Shown here piece by piece: positions 58,773 to 64,000 of a stretch of DNA of 64,000 nucleotides. The position numbers were made by a program, and so were the translations under genes. Where the stretch lies: contig JAAYZR010000002.1 in the NCBI GenBank assembly GCA_012514745.1, positions 104,962 through 168,961 on the forward strand, in the 5' to 3' direction. Every line of letters begins with the position of its first letter. Position 1 is the stretch's first letter. The notes beneath the pieces were generated by a model. The model was not told the DNA's origin, did not search any database, and was given only the letters and a program-made list of their open reading frames with translations. This DNA is from Candidatus Undivivens industriae (GTDB lineage Bacteria; Omnitrophota; Gorgyraeia; Gygaellales; Profunditerraquicolaceae).

Positions 58773-58867
58773 CTTGAGTCCAATGGAAACCCTGCTCGCG
58801 GCCTAATTTCTATTACCGAAAAAATAGAGTAGCCTCGGGTTCCACTCAGCAACGTAAGGAGGAAGTA

Positions 58868-61063
58868 ATGAGTATAAGGCAGAAAGTTTTATTTAAGATC
58901 AATAACGTGCCTTTGGAGAAAGCCGGTTCTCTTGAGAAGGTATCTTCTTATTTCGGTGAAAACACTTTCAGCCTGGATGCGATGAAGAAGTATATCTCCG
59001 GAGCCACATTCGAAGCCTTCAAAACCTGGATGAACGAGGGGAAGACCATCAGCAAAGAGCAGGCGGACGAGATTGCCAACGCCATGAAAGATTGGGCCAT
59101 TTCCAAGGGCGCCACATATTATACGCATTGGTTCCAGCCTATGACCGGACTTACCGCGGAGAAGCACGACAGTTTTATTTCTTTTACCGGACCCGGGAAG
59201 GTGAGCGAGACATTCTCCGGAAGCAAACTCATACAGGGAGAGCCGGACGCTTCGAGTTTCCCTTCAGGAGGCATACGCGCCACCTTCGAGGCGCGCGGTT
59301 ACACCGCCTGGGACCCATCCAGCCCGGCCTTTATCATTGAGAGCGCTCTAGGCAAGACCCTTTGCATCCCGACCATATTTATATCTTATCACGGGGAAGC
59401 CCTGGACAAGAAACTCCCGCTTTTGCGCTCCGATGAAGCTTTAAGCAAAGCGGCGGTCGGACTGCTGAAACTGTTCGGGCACAAGGAAACGCAGAAAGTA
59501 CTTTCCACCTGCGGCCCGGAGCAGGAGTATTTTCTGATAGACAAGAATTATTATAATCTCCGGCAGGACCTTATAATGGCCGGCAGGACATTGATCGGGG
59601 CCCCGTCTCCGAAGGGCCAGCAGCTGGAGGATCAGTATTTCGGGACCATCAAGGAACGCGTGGTCAATTTTATGTTTGAGGTGGCGCAGGAGGCGTATAA
59701 ACTTGGGATACCGGTAGTGACGCGCCACAACGAGGTCGCTCCGCATCAATATGAATTCGCCCCCATCTTCGAAGAATCGAACCTCGCCGCCGACCACAAC
59801 CAGCTGCTTATGGAGCTGATGAAAAAGGTGGCGTTGCGGCACGATATGATCTGCCTTCTGCACGAGAAACCCTTTGCCGGGATAAACGGCAGCGGTAAGC
59901 ATCTCAACTGGTCGCTGGCTGACGACAAGGGAAACAACCTGCTTAATCCCGGTCAGACACCCGAGGATAATCTGCAGTTCCTGGCCGTGCTGGCCGCTGT
60001 GTTGAGGGCGGTTTATCTGCATTCCGACTTGCTGCGAGCGTCGGTAGCCATGGCCGGCAACGAGCACAGGCTGGGCGCCAATGAGGCGCCTCCGGCGATC
60101 ATCAGCGTCTTTCTGGGCGAGCAGTTGACCTCCATACTCGATATGATAGAGAAAGGCGTGAAATCAAAAGTCTCCAAAAGCGACATCATCGATCTGGGGA
60201 TCGGACGTTTGCCGAAATTCAACAAGGATAACACGGACAGGAACCGTACGTCGCCTTTTGCCTTTACCGGAGCCAAGTTTGAATTCCGCGCCGTGGGATC
60301 TTCGCAAAACATCTCCACGCCCATCGCGGTCATAAACACCATAATAGCCGAAAGCCTCGATTACGTGTCCGGAAAGATCTCCGCGGCGTCGGGCGGAGGC
60401 AAGGATTTCAATACCGCCGTTCTACAGGTGATCTCGGAGATAGTGAAAGAGACGAAGAGTATCCGTTTCGAGGGCAACAATTACGCCCCGGAGTGGGTCA
60501 AGGAGGCCAAGAAGCGCGGCCTTCCCAACGTGTCCAGCACTTATGAAGCGTTGGAGGCGTTGACTAAAGAGAAGAACATCCGCCTGTTCGAGAAATACGG
60601 CGTCTTCTCGGAAGAAGAACTGGTGGCGCGTTATCATATCTGGATCCATACGTATAATCTGACCCTTGAGATAGAGGCGAACACCCTTAAAGAAATGGTG
60701 AACGCCTCGGTGGTGCCGGCAGGTTATAAGTATGAGAAACTGCTCGCGCGCACGCTGCACGAGTTGGTAAGCCTTGTCAAGACGGCCGCTTTGAAACTTG
60801 ACCCGGCAGCCCTGAAGGACAAGAAAGCCCACCTTGCCGACATCGTCAGCAAAATATACTACGTCAGGCGCAATACCCTGGAGATGGATAAACTACTGGG
60901 GAAAGCGGCCAAAGTCGGCGATGCAGAGCGCGCCGAGCTTTATTTCAGGGAACTCAAACCATTGATGGAGCACATCCGCAGGCATGTGGATGAACTGGAG
61001 TGCGTGGTTTCAGACGACTCCTGGGACCTGCCTAAATACCGGGAGATGCTGTTCATAAAATAA
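58868..61063 (+). CDS. glnN: glutamine synthetase type III
   Basis: 730 aa, the typical GS-III length; conserved central catalytic region. AAGGAGG RBS. Confidence 0.85.
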   Translation: MSIRQKVLFKINNVPLEKAGSLEKVSSYFGENTFSLDAMKKYISGATFEAFKTWMNEGKTISKEQADEIANAMKDWAISKGATYYTHWFQPMTGLTAEKHDSFISFTGPGKVSETFSGSKLIQGEPDASSFPSGGIRATFEARGYTAWDPSSPAFIIESALGKTLCIPTIFISYHGEALDKKLPLLRSDEALSKAAVGLLKLFGHKETQKVLSTCGPEQEYFLIDKNYYNLRQDLIMAGRTLIGAPSPKGQQLEDQYFGTIKERVVNFMFEVAQEAYKLGIPVVTRHNEVAPHQYEFAPIFEESNLAADHNQLLMELMKKVALRHDMICLLHEKPFAGINGSGKHLNWSLADDKGNNLLNPGQTPEDNLQFLAVLAAVLRAVYLHSDLLRASVAMAGNEHRLGANEAPPAIISVFLGEQLTSILDMIEKGVKSKVSKSDIIDLGIGRLPKFNKDNTDRNRTSPFAFTGAKFEFRAVGSSQNISTPIAVINTIIAESLDYVSGKISAASGGGKDFNTAVLQVISEIVKETKSIRFEGNNYAPEWVKEAKKRGLPNVSSTYEALEALTKEKNIRLFEKYGVFSEEELVARYHIWIHTYNLTLEIEANTLKEMVNASVVPAGYKYEKLLARTLHELVSLVKTAALKLDPAALKDKKAHLADIVSKIYYVRRNTLEMDKLLGKAAKVGDAERAELYFRELKPLMEHIRRHVDELECVVSDDSWDLPKYREMLFIK

Positions 61064-61072
61064 CTTCCCTTT

Positions 61073-61108
61073 CAAGACCGCGCTCCGAGCCGTAAAGCGC
61101 GGAGCGCG
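61073..61108 (+). terminator. 12-bp perfect hairpin GACCGCGCTCCG..CGGAGCGCGGTC downstream of glnN
   Basis: Perfect inverted repeat with a 12-nt loop; no clear U-tract. Confidence 0.45.
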
Positions 61109-61184
61109 GTCTCTCCCGGAACCGGACTTGCTCCCCGGATTTTTAAAATACAAATGCCAAACTATTAGGCATTGCAAAACGCCG

Positions 61185-61571
61185 ATGGTCGAAATGATTG
61201 CATTATTTATCTCCGGTAATGAAGAGAACGTGCTTGCTGCGCTCTCCGACGCTTTGGGCCGGACCGGCAATACCGCCGTCAGCGTGGTCAAACGGGAGGT
61301 AATATCCGGAATCCTGCAAAAAGGCGATATGACCGCTCTGGTTTCCCTGGAAGAGAAAATAAGGAAATTATCCAGGCAGGTTTGCATGGAGAACAAGGGC
61401 AGGGCTTACAAGATCTTTCTCGATACGGTGGAGAAACCGTTGTTCGAAGAGGTGCTCATCCGCACCGACGGCAACCAGATGAAAGCGGCGAGGATATTGG
61501 GGATAAACAGGAACACGATGCGTTCAAGGATAAAGCGGCTCGGACTTACTCCCGGAGTCTATAGGCAATGA
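61185..61571 (+). CDS. small protein with a C-terminal Fis-type HTH (NtrC-C-terminal-like DNA-binding domain)
   Basis: C-terminus NQMKAARILGINRNTMRSRIKRLGL. The alternative TTG start is at 61128. Its stop overlaps the gltB ATG (ATGA). Confidence 0.45.
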   Translation: MVEMIALFISGNEENVLAALSDALGRTGNTAVSVVKREVISGILQKGDMTALVSLEEKIRKLSRQVCMENKGRAYKIFLDTVEKPLFEEVLIRTDGNQMKAARILGINRNTMRSRIKRLGLTPGVYRQ

Positions 61572-64000
61572 ATAAACTCCGGAGAGCTGAAAAATACGGA
61601 CTTTACGACAGCAGGTTCGAACATGATTCCTGCGGGGTGGGTTTTGTCTGCGATATAAAAGGCCGGCCGGACCATAAAATCATCAGCCGGGGGCTGGAGA
61701 TATTGCGCAGGCTCTCCCACCGCGGAGCCACCGGCGCCGACCCGCTTACCGGCGACGGAGCCGGCGTATTGATTCAGATCCCGGACGGTTTCTTCCGGGC
61801 GGCCTCCGGACTGGAGCTTCCGCCGTCCGGCGATTACGGCTGCGGGATGATCTTTTTCCCCCGTTCGGCGCAGTTGAGGGGAATATGCAGGAAGATCGTG
61901 CGCGAGGAGGCCGTTACTTGCGGCCTGCGCCTGTTGGGCTGGCGCAAGGTCCCTGTGGACCGGGGCTCTATAGGTACCACGGCGTTGAAGACCATGCCGG
62001 AGATCGAACAGGTATTTATAGGTGGCAAAGGAAAGTTTTCGCAAGGGCTTGCTCTTGAGCGCGCCTTGTATATACTGCGCAGAAAAATAGAGAACCGTGT
62101 GTCGGCGGCTATGCCCAAGAAAGACGGGGAGCTGTTTTACATAAACAGTATGTCCTGCAGGACGATCGCATATAAAGGGCTGTTAATGCCGAACCAGTTG
62201 GAGGCGTTTTTTCCCGATCTCACGGATGAGCGTATATCTTCCGCTCTCTGCCTTGTGCACTCGCGCTACAGCACCAATACTTTCCCTTCCTGGGAACTGG
62301 CCCAGCCGTTCAGGTTCCTGGCGCACAACGGCGAAATAAATACTTTGCGCGGCAACATAAACTGGATGACAGCCAGAGAGAGCCTGCTGAAAAACGATTG
62401 CCTCGGCGCCGACCTTAAGAAAATACTGCCGATCATCGTTCCCGGAGGCAGCGATTCAGCTTCGCTGGACAATCTTGTCGAGCTGTTGACGCTCTCTGGG
62501 CGCAGTCTTGAGCACGCCATGACTATGCTTATTCCTCCGGCCTGGGAAGGAGACGCGGCGATGGGCGCTGCCGTCAAGAGTTTCTATAAATTTCATGCCT
62601 GCCTGATGGAACCCTGGGACGGGCCGGCGGCGGCGGCGTTTACCGACGGTTCAAGCATAGGCGCCGTGCTCGACAGGAACGGCCTGCGTCCCGCGCGTTA
62701 TATTATCACGAAAGAAGGGACGGCCATGATGGCCTCGGAAACCGGGGTTCTCGACATTGCCCCGGGTGAGATAATGCGCTCCGGGAGGATAGAACCGGGG
62801 AAGATATTTCTGGTGGATACGGCGAACGGCCGCATTGTGGCGGACCAGGAGATCAAGGAAAAACTGGCGAGAGGCCGGCCTTATTCCGCCTGGCTGAAAG
62901 ATAACCTGCGGGAATTGGAAGAGTTTCCGGCGAAGAGGCCGGCCGGCTCCGATCTTTCAGGAAGAGCATTGTTTCCCGCGCTGAAGGCGTTTGGTTACAG
63001 CAGGGAGGATATGAAGGTGATCCTGGAGCCTATGGCGGTGAACGCCGCCGAACCGGTAGGTTCGATGGGCAACGATACGCCGCACGCCGTTCTTTCCGGT
63101 AGGCCGCAGTTGCTTTTTAATTATTTCAAGCAGCTTTTCGCCCAGGTGACCAATCCGGCCATCGACCCGATAAGAGAAGAATTGGTGATGAGCCTTTGGA
63201 GTTACCTCGGGCCGGGCGGTAACCTGCTCGAGGAGACTCCCGGCCAGTGCCGGAAAATCCTGGTAAAACACCCCGTGCTGACCATGGAAGAATTCGCTCG
63301 TCTGCGCGGCATAAAGACAAAGGGATTCAAAACCAGAGTAATCAGTATGCTGTTTTCCCCCGTGGGCAGGGGAGGAGTGCGCCGGGAATTGAAGCGTATC
63401 TGCCGGGAGGCGGATAAGGCGATCAGGGACCAATATACTTTTCTGCTTTTAAGCGATAGGGGGATGGACGCGGAGCACGCCGCGCTTCCCTCTTTACTTG
63501 CCGTGGGGGCTTTGCATCATCACCTGGTCCGAAAAGCCGGGAGGAGCCGTATAAGCATCATAGTCGAGAGCGGGGAACCCAGAGAAGTGCATCATTTTGC
63601 CCTGCTTTTCGGCTATGGAGCGGATTGCGTGGCGCCATATCTGGCATATGAGGCGGTGAAACATATCGCCCGGATCCAGAAAGAGAGCGGCGTTGATGAA
63701 GCCCAAGCTGTATATAACTACCGTAAAGCGGTGGAGAAAGGGATATTAAAGATACTTTCCAAAATGGGTATCTCGACTCTCCAGAGCTACAGAGGGGCTC
63801 AGATATTCGAAGCTCTGGGGATCGGGAAGGAAGCCATAGACCTTTGTTTCCCCGGCACGGTATCGCGCATAGGCGGCATATCCCTGGAGGTGATAACCAA
63901 GGAAGTCCTACGCAGGCACTCCGGAGCTTTTTGCGGCGATAAGGCCGCCGTATTGGATACCGGCGGCAATTATCAATGGAAAAAGGACGGGGAATTCCAT
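61568..64000 (+). CDS. gltB: glutamate synthase large subunit, N-terminal part (3' end beyond the window)
   Basis: Manual translation from ATG 61568 gives MNKLRRAEKYGLYDSRFEHDSCGVGFVCDIKG... (Ntn amidotransferase Cys). The frame stays open to position 64000. It is absent from the ORF track because no stop codon lies inside the window. Confidence 0.85.
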   Translation, partial: MNKLRRAEKYGLYDSRFEHDSCGVGFVCDIKGRPDHKIISRGLEILRRLSHRGATGADPLTGDGAGVLIQIPDGFFRAASGLELPPSGDYGCGMIFFPRSAQLRGICRKIVREEAVTCGLRLLGWRKVPVDRGSIGTTALKTMPEIEQVFIGGKGKFSQGLALERALYILRRKIENRVSAAMPKKDGELFYINSMSCRTIAYKGLLMPNQLEAFFPDLTDERISSALCLVHSRYSTNTFPSWELAQPFRFLAHNGEINTLRGNINWMTARESLLKNDCLGADLKKILPIIVPGGSDSASLDNLVELLTLSGRSLEHAMTMLIPPAWEGDAAMGAAVKSFYKFHACLMEPWDGPAAAAFTDGSSIGAVLDRNGLRPARYIITKEGTAMMASETGVLDIAPGEIMRSGRIEPGKIFLVDTANGRIVADQEIKEKLARGRPYSAWLKDNLRELEEFPAKRPAGSDLSGRALFPALKAFGYSREDMKVILEPMAVNAAEPVGSMGNDTPHAVLSGRPQLLFNYFKQLFAQVTNPAIDPIREELVMSLWSYLGPGGNLLEETPGQCRKILVKHPVLTMEEFARLRGIKTKGFKTRVISMLFSPVGRGGVRRELKRICREADKAIRDQYTFLLLSDRGMDAEHAALPSLLAVGALHHHLVRKAGRSRISIIVESGEPREVHHFALLFGYGADCVAPYLAYEAVKHIARIQKESGVDEAQAVYNYRKAVEKGILKILSKMGISTLQSYRGAQIFEALGIGKEAIDLCFPGTVSRIGGISLEVITKEVLRRHSGAFCGDKAAVLDTGGNYQWKKDGEFH

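Noticed and set aside
58588-58867. Glutamine riboswitch (glnA RNA motif) in the glnN leader
   Set aside because: No E-loop or ACGGAAGU-type conserved core. The structure is better explained as a hairpin/terminator antitermination leader.

Overview
This 64-kb window looks like chromosomal DNA from a high-GC (about 58-60%) anaerobic bacterium, probably an uncultivated lineage. It is gene-dense and almost entirely + strand, and it carries Rnf, superoxide reductase, flavodiiron protein, rubredoxin and DUF39 homocysteine-synthesis genes. About 62 protein genes and 2 tRNAs (Thr-CGU and initiator Met-CAU) can be supported. The recognisable modules are: an oxidative-stress island; an Rrf2-cysK-nfu-DUF39-NIL/ferredoxin sulfur operon; rnfCGDEAB; a glycan-utilisation locus; and a dense nitrogen-assimilation region. 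Only one two-gene unit (FtsH-like protease plus lipoprotein) lies on the minus strand. There are no CRISPR arrays, rRNA genes, transposases or integrases. The most interesting signals are regulatory rather than a new gene cassette. The first is two paralogous transcribed leaders upstream of glnB-amt-glnK and of glnN. They share an ordered set of motifs ending in an AGAGGC-loop hairpin that overlaps an intrinsic terminator, and a GAF-ANTAR regulator is encoded next to glnA. The second is a family of at least five GC-rich palindromic intergenic elements with a CAAACCGCRG box and a TTCA-loop hairpin. The third is a run of near-consensus sigma70 promoters, several followed by short terminated leaders, including a roughly 100-nt promoter-to-terminator unit in front of tandem PilZ genes. 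All calls rest on sequence inspection only; no searches were possible.
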